Assembly (NCBI GenBank): GCA_964036045.1
Contig: OZ038378.1
Span: forward strand, 77,872,001 to 77,936,000
Direction: 5' to 3'
Source of the DNA: Eutreptiella sp. 'Long Island Sound 2002'
Lineage: Eukaryota > Protista > Euglenida
DNA length: 64,000 nucleotides
In this document: piece by piece, positions 23,251-36,477 of the stretch
Position numbering within the stretch: the first letter of the stretch is position 1
Layout of the letters: the number at the start of each line of letters is the position of its first letter
Notes under the pieces: model-generated
Told to the model about the DNA's origin: nothing
The model's database searches: none
Seen by the model: only the letters and a program-made list of their open reading frames with translations
Program-made: the position numbers and the translations under genes

Positions 23251-25790
23251 CGGGGTCGTGACGTCCGAGGCGGGCTCCTTTCATGGCAACGCCGAAGGGT
23301 TAGGGTCTCCGTCCGGGTTCTGCCCTCCAAAGGGGGCTCCCCCGGCGCCGCCTGCAACAGGTGGGGGACGCGAGGCTCCCGCGCCATGACCTGGCACTGA
23401 GCCACGTCCTTTCCCACCCGATGACGGCGCTGTGGTGGAGCCCACATCACTGCTCGACGCCGAGGTCAACGAGGGTGCTTGCACAGCATCGGGGCTGCCG
23501 GGTGGGTCCTGCCCCCCACGGAGCTCCTCCGTGCCACGGGCACTTGAATGTGGATGTGAGGCCGCCGCGCCTCGACCTAGTGCCGAGCCACGAACTTTTC
23601 CTCCCCACGAAGGCGCTCTGGTGGATCCCATCGCAGTGCTCGATGCCGACGACGAGGAGGCTGCTTGTGGTCCTAGTTGCTTCACCCCAGGTGGCTGCGT
23701 CAGCGTCATCGGCCCGGCCCTGGCGGCCGCGAAGGGCCCCATCCGCCCGTGGGGTATGACACCCATTCCCACCGCCTCAGCTTGCGCGCGCCGGGCCGTG
23801 TCCGATCCGTGGTACTTGGCGAGGTGGTCAATGACATCCCTGGGATTGAGGTGGCTAGGCTTCAGGTGGCGTCCCGCCCGCCAATGGCACTAGCCTTCCC
23901 CATCCAACCGGGACCACAGGCAAATGTTCACCACGTCAGAGGCCTGCCCCGCGGCGAGGCATCCCGCGCAGCGGGCAAGCACCTCGCACGTGTTAGCGTA
24001 CTTACCGAACGACCCCTCAACGCATTTCTTCGGGCCGGCTTTGGTGCCGCCTTTGCGACCGCCTTCGCCGCTGCGACAGCATGTGCAACCGGCCGGACCA
24101 ATGACACATCCGGCGGCGGTGGCAGATGCAACATTCCCGCTGCGGGAAATTGCATCTCTAGCAGCGCCACGCATATCCTCGCAGGCAGAGCAAAAACAGA
24201 AGAAAGCAAGAGTGGATGAACAACAAAGTGCCATCGACGTGACGCGGTCCTCATCGCCGTCAAAGGCTTTTCTGGCTCTGAAGTTCTGGGTGCTGCCTGC
24301 TCGTCTTTTGTGCCCTTTTCAATGATGTAGAATTGTTTGTCGACCTATCCTCGCAGGCGGAGCAAGAACAGAAGGCGTACTTTTCCCGGTCGCCCGCTAC
24401 GGTCCACTGGGAGCTCGCAGACGCCCGGGGCCAGGGCGCCATCTCCCAGGCATGACCAAGTGAAAGGTGTCCCCGCCATAGCTCCCGCGGTACCGGAGCG
24501 CCGCAACACCTACCAGTGTTCCCCTGAGGGAGACAGCAGTGTTGCCTTCACTACCCAGAGTCCCTAGGTGCAGGGCCTCCAGGTCTGCTGGGCGGAGCAC
24601 GAGCTCTTGCACTCCCCTGCAATCAAACAGACGTAACGCGGAGGAGTTCGGCTCCTGTGCTGCAACAACCCAGTACCACGCTCTCGATCCACAGTGGAGG
24701 CTGTTGCTGGACATCCTCACGGCCATAGCGTGTCCGTGCGACGCCGCACACATGGTGGCCGCGTCCTCCTGCCGCCACATGTTGTTTGGAACCACTGGCG
24801 AGACGTCCCGCCCCTGGATTCGTGGCACCGTCGTCACCGCAACCAACACGACGGCCCCCGGCGGGATGCCCTCGGGCTCACACCTCCGCGCCCGGTGCAC
24901 AGGGCCCACGAAACGCATGTGGTCCTGGACGACCCCAAAGCTAGCAGCCCCCAGGGAACACCGCCGCACTAGGTTGTCCTCCGTGACATGGATCCTGTCC
25001 ACACCCCCTTGTTCCACACACACACAAACCCAAAACCCCGTGCCCTCGAGAACCACCACTCGCCCAACATCCGCTTGCCCCACGCCATGGGTGGGCGCTA
25101 GATCCTCCAGCCGCAACCATTGCCGGGCGTCCTGCTGCCATTGTTGGGGGGCGTACGGCCGCTGCCTCAGCAGCACATCACCGATGTGCTGCAAGGACAC
25201 CTACATGACGAGTGACAGCCCCCCGGGCGCCGCTGCCAGGCACATCGGGCGTGCTGCATCCTCGCATCCGGCATCCCCGCCTGGTGCCTGAGGTCAGCCA
25301 CCATCAGCGGCGCTGGGGGTGCCGGGAGGGAACCTAGCACCGCCGCCGGGAGTTCTCCTTGCGAGGGCAGGCGCACAATAAGCCCCATGTCCCTGCTGAG
25401 GACCCTCGCCGCCACCCACCTCCTGTCCGTCGCCGACAGAAGGTTGCCCGGCCGCGGCACCCGAAGGAGGGTACCAACAGCGGATAGCAACGCCATACAC
25501 CGCAGTCCGTGCTGTTGCCCTCCGGCTGCCGCACCTGCGCCGTCCTGCTCACCGTTTGCAGGTCCTCCGCGCCTGGCCACGTCGGCCCCCGTCCCCCCGG
25601 CGCCATGCGCAGGGTCCTGACCGCCGTGTCCCACGTTTGCGGCCACTCAAGTGAGTGGCCATCTAGTGGCGGCGGGTACAGCGGGTCCACAGCCATGGCA
25701 ACAGAAACAAGAAACAGCACCCTCCTGCCGGCGTCAAAGTGCACGCTTGCGCGCGCATGTGTAGCTGCGCCTGCCAGATCGCCGTGTTGA
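23251..25790 (-). pseudogene. LINE ORF1-like region: globular part at ~24.4-25.6 kb, then Ala/Pro-rich linker
   Basis: Long GC-rich minus-strand ORFs 25167-25646, 24397-25200, 23928-24263 and 23281-23772 lie directly upstream of the APE start. Confidence 0.5.
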
Positions 25791-27259
25791 ACTCTTAGGC
25801 TAAGTTGAACCAAGGTTGAAGCGGTGAAACCCGGCATTTGGACACAACTTTTTTTATCCCACACGAAATGCACGTCACCATACTCAAAACACTTTCTGGA
25901 CACTACAGTTTTCCAAATGGGCCAGGATGACATCGATGAGATTACAGATTGATTGGCCATGCTTACTTTGTGCGTATGCTACTATGCGCCCTTGCTCCTC
26001 ACTCTGGATATCGTGCCGGCTAGATTGCTACACATTGAATATATGACCGCACCACAACCTTATAGGAGATCACATGTTGGGGTGGAATGCTCAGGTTGAA
26101 CAATATCATTCACCACATATTGTCGTCTTTGAATGTGTTTCTTGGTTTGCCTCTATTTGTTTTGTATGCTAGTTGACCCGGTGCAAAAGTGGTTAAAGGG
26201 AGCTGGGAACGTCTCACCCAAAATGTGCACCAAGGGTTGAACCTTGTGGAATAGACTCCAGTTGCAGGCAAACAGCCCAGCACAAACACCGCCTGCCGAT
26301 TCTGAGGCCATCCACCCTTGCCGGGGTGATCCGCAAGTCAAACAATGGTGGGGTTGCTCGATCATTCATATAATCGAACCCATAAGCAGCGGTAAGTGGG
26401 TTTTTTTTGTTCAAAAAATGGGGGTTTTTAGGTACACCGCAGGCTGATTTTTTGGTACGCACCAGACTTCAAGCCAGTAGGATCTTACAGAGTAGTGAGC
26501 ACAGTTGTGAGGGGTGATGGAGGTTCCTGGGTGCTGTAGACATCAGTCCTCATTGATTGTTGGAAACACTTATCCACTCTGTACAGCCTTCTGCAACACA
26601 TTGCATTCATTGTTAAATGCCATCGACTACGCGTACCCTCACATGTACCCTCGACAGCCGTGATCCCTTGTCAGCACATGACAACAGCCAGACCGCAATT
26701 GCTTGTCATCTACGTTCATTGTTGAGCCAACCAGCTCCGCCGTGCCATCCTTTTGTCCATGCAGGTCCCTGCCAATGCCCTGTCCTGCCCTGCCACCCTA
26801 ATGCACACATTGGTGACTACTGTGCAGTGGAACCGAGCTGCCCCATGTGCCAAGGCACAGCACACTACAGCGCGACCGCCATCAAGTGGGTTCAGTGCAA
26901 TCCATTGACCCGACCTTTTTGTAGGTGCCCAGACTTGGTGACATACTGAATATTCGCCTCTAACCTTTTCTGTTATGTCCTGTCCTATTGCCGTTGTAAA
27001 AAATTGCTGTGGTTTTTGGGGCTTGTTTGCTGTAAGCATGCCAAGAGGGCTGTAGGCTGTGTGTGGTGACCCTCAGCATAGACTCGTCAAGTTGGGACAG
27101 CATCGCTGTTTCAAAAGGTCCTGAAACGCCAAGCATTCTGTTAGAAGTCATATGAATCATGGTATCGGGAAACCAGTACATCAATGGCACCCAATGGCTG
27201 TGTTTAGAGGCCCTGTATGCAAATACCATTGTATTTACCAATTTCAGAGCTAAAAAAGA

Positions 27260-27337
27260 GAGTGCATGCTTGTGGTTGCATGTGCAAATACAGCTGGGGA
27301 GTGCATGCTTGTGGTTGCATGTATAAATACAGCTGCC
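27260..27337 (+). repeat. 39-bp tandem duplication
   Basis: GAGTGCATGCTTGTGGTTGCATGT(GC/AT)AAATACAGCTG at 27260 and 27299. Confidence 0.9.
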
Positions 27338-27459
27338 AATACAAACATCCAGAGCAGCAAGCCGAGTTGCTTCCCGTCAAAGGCACTTGCTCCTTTATAT
27401 TGCACTGTCTGGCGCCGCTGTCCTGCCCAAGTGGTGCCCCCCTCCCTTTGATTTTAGCA

Positions 27460-27800
27460 GGGGCGCATCACCAGCGCAACCTGGTGAATACCAAAAAACC
27501 CCCACGTTGTCCCAAAAAACCCCCCGTTTTGGCGCAAAATGTACCAAAACACCCCCCGACTAAAATGTACCAAAAAAACCCCAAAATGTACCAGAAACCC
27601 CCCCAGGGGGTTTTCTGGCACATTTTTGTGGGTTGTACGGGTTTTTTTTGGTACATTTTCGGGGGTTTTTTGGTCAATTTGTTTTGGGTTTTCTGACACA
27701 TTTCGGGGGGTTTTATGATACATTTCGGGGGGGTTTTGTGGTGCGTTTTTGGGGGTTTCATGGTACAATTATGGGGCTTTTATGAAACAGTTCAGGAGGT
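27460..27800. repeat. Foldback array of ~20-bp subrepeats, centred near 27605
   Basis: Left arm repeats AAAATGTACCA(A/G)AAACCCC; right arm repeats its reverse complement GGGGTTTT(T/C)TGGTACATTT. The same unit recurs at 27810-27860 and 28430-28625. Confidence 0.75.
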
Positions 27801-30800
27801 TTCAAGTGCACATCTGGGGGTACATTTTGTCTGGTTTTTGTCGGATGTTTTCTGGGATTTTTTTAGTATCCTCCAGGAGTGAGTTGGGTGTGGGAGCCCA
27901 GGCAGGGTGTTAGGTGCATACTCAGAACCGTCAAGCCCCCCCCCCCCCCCAATCGTATATCCAGGTCTGCTTGTAGTGCATGTTGGTGGTCCGTTCAGGC
28001 AGATCTCAAGCATGGAGGTAGGAGAGGGAATGGAAGGTCACGGAACTACATGTGATTGTGCACTCAGTGTTTTGCTGAGCAATGCTCTTTGAATGTGTGT
28101 TGCAGGGGAACGCGGTTGATAGGCAGTTGGTGCAGGGGTCAATTGCCGTCTGGTTTAGGGATGTCTGACAGGGCTGGGTGCAGGTTTATGGCTCTGGTTG
28201 GGGCGTTGGTTCTGGGATGGGGTTTGGGACATGTTTAGGGGATGCGCATGGACACAGGGTTGGGATGGGGTTTGGGATGGACAAGCTTCAGCAATGGGGT
28301 GTAGGATGGGGATGTGAGAGGGATGGGGGCGTGGGTTTGGAACCAAGTGGACGTAGGGTTGCCACAGGGTTCCAGAACAATGGTAAACCCGTGGGGGTGT
28401 TTGGGGGTGTAACCTGGTATTTTCGTGGCGTATTTTTGTCGGTACATATTGGTTTTCTGGTGTTCCAGTGCGGCGACGTCAGTAGGGGGGTTTTGTGGTT
28501 CAAATGGGTGTTCCTTGGTACATTTTTTCGGGTTTTTTTGTACATCTTTGGGGGGTTTCTAGGTGGCTGGCGGGTTGCTTTTGGTACGAAATGCGGTTTT
28601 TTGGTACGAAGTTGGTTTTTTTTTTGAAGGCACCACCAGCGCAACCCATTGTCCGCCCCTTTTTTTTCCGCGTTTTCCCCCAGCATTCCTCCACATCCCC
28701 GTTTCCCCCGGGCACCCCAGTACCTAGCAGTCGTGTTTTGGAAGTTCTCACAGGAAATACCCTATTTTCTCACATCAACTTGAGCGAATCAAAGTGCAAG
28801 TAACTTTTCTTTTATTTTCCCCCATAAGTGGTCATTTTGTTCAAGGAGTCATGCAGGAAGGTTCCGGAAAGGAACGATTTTGGGCGCCGTTGGTCATGGA
28901 CAAGCTCAAATGCGGCTCTTCTCCGTACTGAAAGGCATTACTGCACATAGCGTAAGAAACAAATGCTCAACCACCCAAACGTCTGCAAACCGCAGAGCAT
29001 TGCAAAGGCACTGTACAAGGAAAGATCATGGGGCACACCAACATGCATCTTCAACCCATCTAAAGCCATAACAATTGACATTTTGGTTTGTTTGCACCAC
29101 ATATAGCCAACACCGATGCGCTTGTGGTGATGCGCTTGTGCACAGTTGGTGCTTTTGGGTGTCTGTGCATGTGGGCGTGGCATCTTAAAATTGCTAGTTT
29201 TTTTTTTCCAAATTAAGAAGGACTGATGATTATGAAAACTCGTTAGAGAAAAAAAGCACTATCCAAAGCATTCGATGAACAATCCAGTCACCATTCTGTG
29301 CACAAAGCCATGTGTACCTGTTTTCTTCCATACATTTTGATCTATTGCCCTATCAAGGGAGGAGGGCTTCATGCAGGTAAGATACGTTGTCTATACAACA
29401 GGGAATGTATTGTTCATGTATATTTTTTCACGAGTAATCCAAGACCACGCTTTTTTGTTGATGGACTCAAAGGTTGGCCCACTAGGTGATGCATGATATT
29501 CTTCATGCATATTGGTCTATCATACATTGCACACTACACGGCATCCTAAGATCTATCCTAGGCAACACCTAAGCAACATTTTGCACGACACTTTTCGCCC
29601 ACTCTGTATATAACCAACACCACATCTACCGATTTGAGAAAGTAAGGTTGGTACTCATGTGTTGCGGACATGTGTCGGAATCAATTTTCGAGTTCTTATA
29701 GTTGTTTACGTAATGTTTGTGAAAAAATGTAACTTTCGGATGTGGTAGAGAGTTTTCATTTTGCCATGTCCGATGGTCCCGACCAAGCACTTCGTCTAAT
29801 TTCGATTGTTTTAGGTTAGGGCCGTTGTCTCACCCAAAACGTTTTTGGCGGTATGAGGGTCAATTTTTGGTGACATGGTGCTGTACAAATTGTTGGTTTT
29901 CTCGTGAAATACATTTCTGGGCGTCTATAAAGGACCCGGTCCGTCCGAGTTTTGAGAAGTTATTTAATGTTTCGTAGTTTGTAGAGCGAAATTGTTTTAC
30001 GTTTGTTGTGTTTAGGCACCAAATACCAAGACACACAATGGGCCAACCTTGGAAAGCGGGCACTTTTTTGTGTTCAAATGATGCCGTTCCTTTTTTTTTT
30101 TCCGGGGATGAGATGGTTCTAGTTGTTTGTAAGGAAACAAACCTTTGTTAAGCTAGATGTGAAAACGAAATTTTGTCATTTTTGGTTCAATCAACTTATC
30201 AGCCAGAATATTGACTCTCGAGGTCATGAACTTACGAAAACAATAGTTTTTGGGACAATTGACCAGGGACAATTTTTCCTTCACGGAGCACAAATTTGTT
30301 TTCATCAGTAACCAAGAAGAAGAGTATACACAAACTTACAACGATCCAAGTATCTCCAATTGGGTTTGCAAAGTCAAGTGGTGGTGTCCATCTTTTCCTA
30401 TTGGTAGCCCTAATGGCTTTATCGGTAGCCGTCGGTGCCCTCCAACCCACGGTTAGCCGATAGCCAATAAGACCCTGCCTTTGTGGCTTTTGGGGGTGTG
30501 GAGCTTTTAATTCAGGCACAGCCAGCAGTCAAAAGTTGCGAACCAAAAAAAGTTTCATATGCTGTTACTTTGCCGTAGCGATGATGCGGGTCATATTTCC
30601 CGTTTGGCGTCCATCGGGTTATAAAATTGGATTGTTATACTACTTGAATGATATGAAGCTCGGCTGATGTGGAATGAAGTTCCAGGCCTATAAATTGGAT
30701 CGTACGGGCTCTCAAGGGCGCCCTGTTTTGTAGTTGAGCACTGCGCATAAAAAAAAAGGTAGAGTGGCATTGCTAGGGATTATTTTGGAGAGAAAAGTTG

Positions 30801-33800
30801 CAGAAGTTGCAAATGAGAATCCGCTTGTTGCAACAAATAGTTTTTAGTATGACTTTAAATACAAATGCATTCTACGCTAGGTGGCTAAGATACGTATCAT
30901 AAATAGGTGTCTCTTGAGCTTTGCTAAACCGTTGTGCAATACGGTGCTTAAGGAACATACCAAGGATCCTAGGTTAATGTTTCAACTATTTAGCATCTTT
31001 GATCGCAAAAACCCTTGCGTGGGAGCCATTGTGGTATGCTTTTACCGAAAGTATCATCTATGGTTGGGAATGGGTTTGAGTGATTCGATAAAAAAATGGG
31101 TTATCATCAAGTATCCGACCAGCAAAGCCCGCTATGTCAACCAGTAATTGTCGTGAACTACGAAAAGCGGTTGCGGAGATTTGGGATGGTTATGATTCAT
31201 CTCTTGTTTCAAATTCATGCACGATCAAGAGGGATTGGTAGCACTAAGGAAAGGATGATTCATTAAAATGCAAGATCACAGCGGTTTTCGAATCCAATTC
31301 GCAAGCCTTCAAATACTATGTTTCGTAGCAGAGCACCAGAACAACTTCATCTTTGGTTATAATATGAAGATGACAGCCCAATCGTTTTTTTCCGATAAGT
31401 AAGTGCCAAACGATTCGTTCTAGGGAAGCTTCGACGAGTACCATGGATAGTAAGTGACTGTTATAATTATCCAAGCCGGCAATCAAACCAAAGCGGGTTG
31501 GTCACGGGTGCCCCCATTACTGTTAGTCTTGTGGTGGTATTTCGGCGAACGGTGCTCCATAGTAAGGGATCTTTTGTACCTCGCTGCCTTCATGCTTTCC
31601 AATGCGGCGGACATCCCACCTAAGTGGAATTGGAATAGTGAAAGTACTTGAAAATAAAATTTTGTCTTTTCGCAGGCAAATTTTCCCCTTCCAGGCCAAA
31701 ACACATTCTTCATCCTTAGGGCGCCTTAGGAATACCCCGTTTGCAATTCAATACTGCTATCAGGGGCAGATCGCAGTGAGCTAAAAATCCATGAAATACA
31801 ATGCTTTCAAGGTTCGTTTGCGTAAAATATTTCTTAAAGTTGCTTCCAAGGAAAACAACGGCAAATAACCCTAAGAAGGCATTGTTTGAAGGTTGAGTGC
31901 GTCAAGCCTCACACACTCACGAACTTTAGTGTGATCAACAGGTCATGTTTTGTGCAATGGCAACAATAACGCCATGTATGATGGCATATGTCATTTCATA
32001 CTCTAAAAGTCCAATTTCCAAGCATCTTAACAGCATGGCTGCCTAAGCACATTGTGTTTCCTCCTAAGTGTGCGCCATTTTGCAAAAAATCATGCTTATT
32101 TTCAAGACGCATAGTTAAGAAACTCCCTGAGGGTGTTCATCTGCATTCTTTTTCGTCCAGTTAGGGCTCTTTTGCACTTGCTGTGGACGTCAAATCAAAA
32201 TTCCGCACAAGCGTTACTGGAAGAAGACACGTGTAAAAGAACTTGTTGAACATTATTGAAAAATGGTTCACCATACACCCTCCGCGTGCTAGGGCTCTTG
32301 CACTTAAGGAGATATTGTAAAATTTTTGAAAACAACGTTGATTGTGCCTTGCATTGAGTAACATGTTTCAAGGCTTATCCACGCACTTACAGTCGTGGAC
32401 CATAGTAGACGGCCCATTCTTCCCTTATGAGGCTATAGAGAAACGTAGGATGTATTTTGGCACAAACATGCATGCCGACCAGTGTGACAAAGAAACAGGT
32501 ACCAGGGCCGTGGAAGGATGTCTTACATTGGGCTGAGTGGGCGTCACAGCACTTAAGCTCACAAGATCGTCATATTTGCAGGTAGTCATCCTCAACTTGC
32601 GGAACCGAAAGACCTTTTGCACTTTTTCTCAAATTATTCTTGAACATTGGTTCATAGACTCAAGCAATGTGATACGGGCTCTGTTTTGAAAAAGAAAACA
32701 ACAATTCAACTTTCAAAAAACGGTCAAAAAATGGTCAAAATGGGCAAGACAATGGATATCTAGCCAGTCCAATTATGGGATATGTCTATTACATGAACAA
32801 AAAGTAGTTTTTTTCCCATGTGGGTGGTCGGGTGCGTTGTCTAAAGTAACAAGGCGTAATTTAGGCGGCCTAAGTCATTTGTGCACCGCAGAGTCTAAGT
32901 GTTCTCAAGCTGAACGTTGAATTCCGGTGGAGGCCTGGAGGCCTAATTTTCTGAACTTCACTATTTTGGATTTATTCCCTGATTGTCCCGAGATATTTGC
33001 TAAAAACTTAGGCATGCAGATTGTAATTTCGCACGGCTTCGCTCGAATTTGAATTTGCGCCCAACTTGCACGAACTCATGGACCCCTCCAAATGTGAATT
33101 CGCAACTTCAAAGTCGAATTTCAACCGAATTAGCTTGAACCCACCCATAGGTGGACCTAAAGATTACCTACAATTTTTCGATTTATCTCTTTGCATAAAG
33201 GTATTCCATATGGAACTGGTTGTCATACAACCACAACATTTGAAAACCAAGAATACCAAAAAAGCACCTACAAACCCTTCCCTGCATCTTTCAAACGCCT
33301 TTTAGAAAAAAAGCAACAAAGCATGCACATTCACCAAGCAATACACGAACAATGACATATGAACAACTTATGGTCCCTATTCGGCCTTCATTAATTGCAA
33401 TCGTCAACACAACCATACCACTGGAGGTGGGCTAAGAAATGAAATTACAAATAAAAGAGGAACATAAAGCTTGATTCATGGCACCAGCGCCGTCGCCGGC
33501 ATGGCCGCATCGGCAATTTGGGGACTGTTGATTGCCCTATTTTTCCAAAGTCTTTGACAGTTGAAGCCTGTTACTTTGTACAATCATTGTTCATGATAAG
33601 ACCGCATTATCCCAGTTTCTGTGCTGGCGCGATTTTGTTCGTCAATCTGGCACACGAAAAATCGCACCGGAAGCGAAGATGGAGCAATGGATGGTTGCTT
33701 TTTATGGTGAACTAAAGTTCTGCCAAGTTTCAGCCTTTAACTCCAAAAGAATGTCCAGAAATTGGCGGAACAAACGTCAATAAAATCGCCGATGCGGCGC

Positions 33801-33819
33801 AGGCGCCGCCGACGTGATT

Positions 33820-33945
33820 TTCAGCGAATTCGCAGACCGAATTTGCAACGAATTTGCAATGCTGTGAATTTTACGGCAAATTTGCAGCGAATTCGCAATC
33901 CGAACGAACTCGCAGCAAAATTGCCGAATTCAAACCCAAATCTTC
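33820..33945. repeat. Cluster of CGAATT(C/T)GC palindromic motifs
   Basis: GCGAATTCGC, CGAATTTGC and related copies; a looser cluster lies at ~33040-33140. Confidence 0.6.
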
Positions 33946-34025
33946 ATCCGTATAAGAACTATTCCGTACTCTAAAGTAATTCCGTTAGCCTCTGACCGCA
34001 TGTTTTTTTTTCGATTGCAACGGAG

Positions 34026-34307
34026 GTAGGTAGGTAGGTAGGTATCTTCGGGAACTCGGGATGCCTCCTTTGACAATGCAGTAAGAATGTCTTATTGAGG
34101 GGGCATCCTGTCACTCCCACTGCGCTAGTTCAGGGGCTTGGAAAGGCAGTGTCGCAGCGACCCAGTCCAGGTGTCCCGGGTGGGAGAGTGTCCCCACATG
34201 TGTCCTTGGGTAGGGCCACATGCCCCCTCCTTTGGGCGGCAGCTCTAGGGGCCTGCCCAGTCGTTTGGAATATCTCTCACCAAAGGGGGCATTGCTTCCG
34301 CAATTTG
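34026..34307 (-). mobile_element. 5'-truncated retrocopy with a (TACC)n tail and a 7-bp TSD
   Basis: Homologous to 58152-~58450, including the tail. Flanked by AACGGAG at 34019-34025 and 34308-34314. Confidence 0.8.
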
Positions 34308-35223
34308 AACGGAGATTTTTTGGTGGATGGCAAATCTTTGCATACCATTTTTTGTTTGTTTGCTGTTTTTTGTTTTTGAGTTTTTGGCACGCTAAGTACA
34401 GATTCTCAGATGCGGGTTTGTCCTGTGATGGATCTAGTCTTGCTAGTGAAAGTGCGCCACAGTTGTAGACAGGCGACTCATCGTTCTGTGTTTTTTCCCT
34501 CTCCATCTGCGGCAGCTTCAGAATCAGAAACTCCTGTTGGAGCCCCTTTGCGGAGCCTACAATCACGGGCAATGCACAAACCTGATTGGATACCTTAACA
34601 AATCAGCATGTTCAATAAAGACGCCAGCGCAGCACAGCACAGCACAGCAGCTGAAAGGACAATAAAAAGGAAAGGAAACACATTACATAACCAGGCAATG
34701 ACCACGCAAGATCTTCTATTCTTTTTCTTTCACGCATCCTTGTGGCAAGATCTGTTTACTATGCTGCGCGCGCGTGCTAACTATCCTACGCTTGCCCGTT
34801 CGTCCCGTGGCCAGACTTATTCCATTCCGCCCCCACTTAAGCTTTGAGACATATGGAGGCAACCAGCGTGGCCCATGCCCCAAACAACGGGCTGAGGGCC
34901 TGTTTATGGTCTCAGCACATAAAGAAATATTCCCAGCCTCATATCCAGACGTCCATCGAGCCACGTAAAAGTCATGTGTCGACTTCAGTACTTACATTTT
35001 TTTGTTGGGGGCTTGCCCTGGGCCTCAAATTGTTGCCAAAGACAAGGCGTGCACTCATGAAGTATCAACATACGTCTAAGCGAACACACACCCATGGACC
35101 AACAGTGTAGAGTCATGTATACTGTTTGGCGCTGTTTGGGACAGTGAACATACTCTCACTCAAGTTCATGAATGTTTCTATAGAATTACACGTATTGTAC
35201 CCGTTGGTTACAGGCCGTCACAC

Positions 35224-35402
35224 GTTAACGATGTTGATGGGCCCGCCAGACGTCAGCACACTGAGGTATTCCTTCTCTTCCGGGGAATCCTCATAGAAGA
35301 CCCGAGGTGCTGCACTATTGCGCAGGCAGGTCAGCCAGGACATCCCGATCCTCACGCTTGGCGCTGCGCTCGAGGTAGAGCGGGAACACCCCATTTACCA
35401 CG
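35224..35402 (-). other. Isolated GC3-rich exon-like fragment, possibly frameshifted
   Basis: Pyrimidine-rich CCACCTTCCAG acceptor, then VVNGVFPLYLERSAKRE and, in a shifted frame, IGMSWLTCLRNSAAPRVFYEDSPEEKEYLSVLTSGGPINIV. Candidate GT donors follow. Product not recognised. Confidence 0.35.
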
Positions 35403-36030
35403 CTGGAAGGTGGTACCAAGGACAGTAGAGCTACAAACAAGGACATGCCCCACTTGGCCTTGGTTTGCTGTTGCCCCCCTTCAAAGTTTCAGAGCACCAC
35501 TCATCGCAAACTGGGGCCCATCCTTTTCCAGCTGCCCCAACTTCGTGTGCCTTGGGGCTGGGGCAGTTTCCATTCGTTTTCCAGCAGTCCAGTTATGCCC
35601 ACAGTGTTGTACGTCAACTGACCCAGTCTATCGAAAACATCTGCCATAACTTTGGAACCTCGAACTGCTCCTCTGTGGTTTATCCGAATCCACCTGTGGC
35701 ATATTCAAAATCATGATGCGTTTGGACCCATATCCCAGGGCGACAGTCATCGGCAGTCCTCAGATATTATCTGAGACCTTCAGAAATTGTTTTACTTGTA
35801 CCTAAGTGGGCCACAAGCAATTAACGAAGGTCGGCCTTGGTTAGGTCCGCCTTACAAAATTTGAACCTTTACCATTCGGTGAATTATGCCTTCATCAAGT
35901 GAGTCACGCGCCAAAATGGACGCAACAAAGTGATTACTGTATAGAAATCATCGTAAATCACCGCAGTGTTTTACGAACGATCCCCTCCATTGGTCCTAAG
36001 CATCATATTTACAATACAATGGCGGAGGAA

Positions 36031-36410
36031 CACCTAGGATTTTATGAGGTACGGGAATCCCGTAAATGAACTGTCCAAAAACTGCCACCATCGCGATTCA
36101 CGGCCCGCCGCAACCCCATTTTGCCGAGGTTTCGGTGATTTGTGCCAAATCTGTGCGCATCTGACGTGATTTAGATAGCGCAATTGGTAAAATACGACGT
36201 TATCTAGCTGCTGTGCTGAAATAACGCCGATTGCATTACCGGATGTCGCGATAAACCAAAAGTACCGCCATTTTTGCCCTTTTCTTTCCACTTTTGGGCC
36301 AGAAACGGTTATTTTAATGATGTCCTTGCGGTGTCACTAGATTTGAAATTGATCAGGTTTGTCCCTAGTGCCCCGTGAGGCTAGGCAATCAATGATTTGT
36401 GCCTATGCAT
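36031..36410 (+). repeat. Left terminal inverted repeat
   Basis: Reverse complement aligns with ~39120-39500. The translations agree: LRYLNHVRCAQIWHKSPK (minus) versus RYLNHVRCAPIWHKSPK (plus). Confidence 0.9.
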
Positions 36411-36477
36411 GATTGTAGTATCTTCACTAAGGAGACATGCCGTCAGCGCGCAAAGGAACCACTGAAAATTGTTACCG

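Larger units (their letters stand above)
16300..25790 (-). mobile_element. Non-LTR retrotransposon (APE-class LINE), ~9.5 kb, decayed; ends approximate
   Basis: In order on the minus strand: ORF1-like region, APE, RT, probable RNase H, long C-terminal region. GC content is uniformly high compared with the flanks. Confidence 0.85.

Noticed and set aside
25790-27200. Helicase-like fragment (KCFEYG...LSLRVQHG) and nearby ORF pieces
   Set aside because: No Walker motifs, many stops, and no consistent frame.
28700-33000. AT-richer block that may be a decayed DNA element
   Set aside because: No TIRs, catalytic motifs or consistent frame could be identified by eye; left unassigned.
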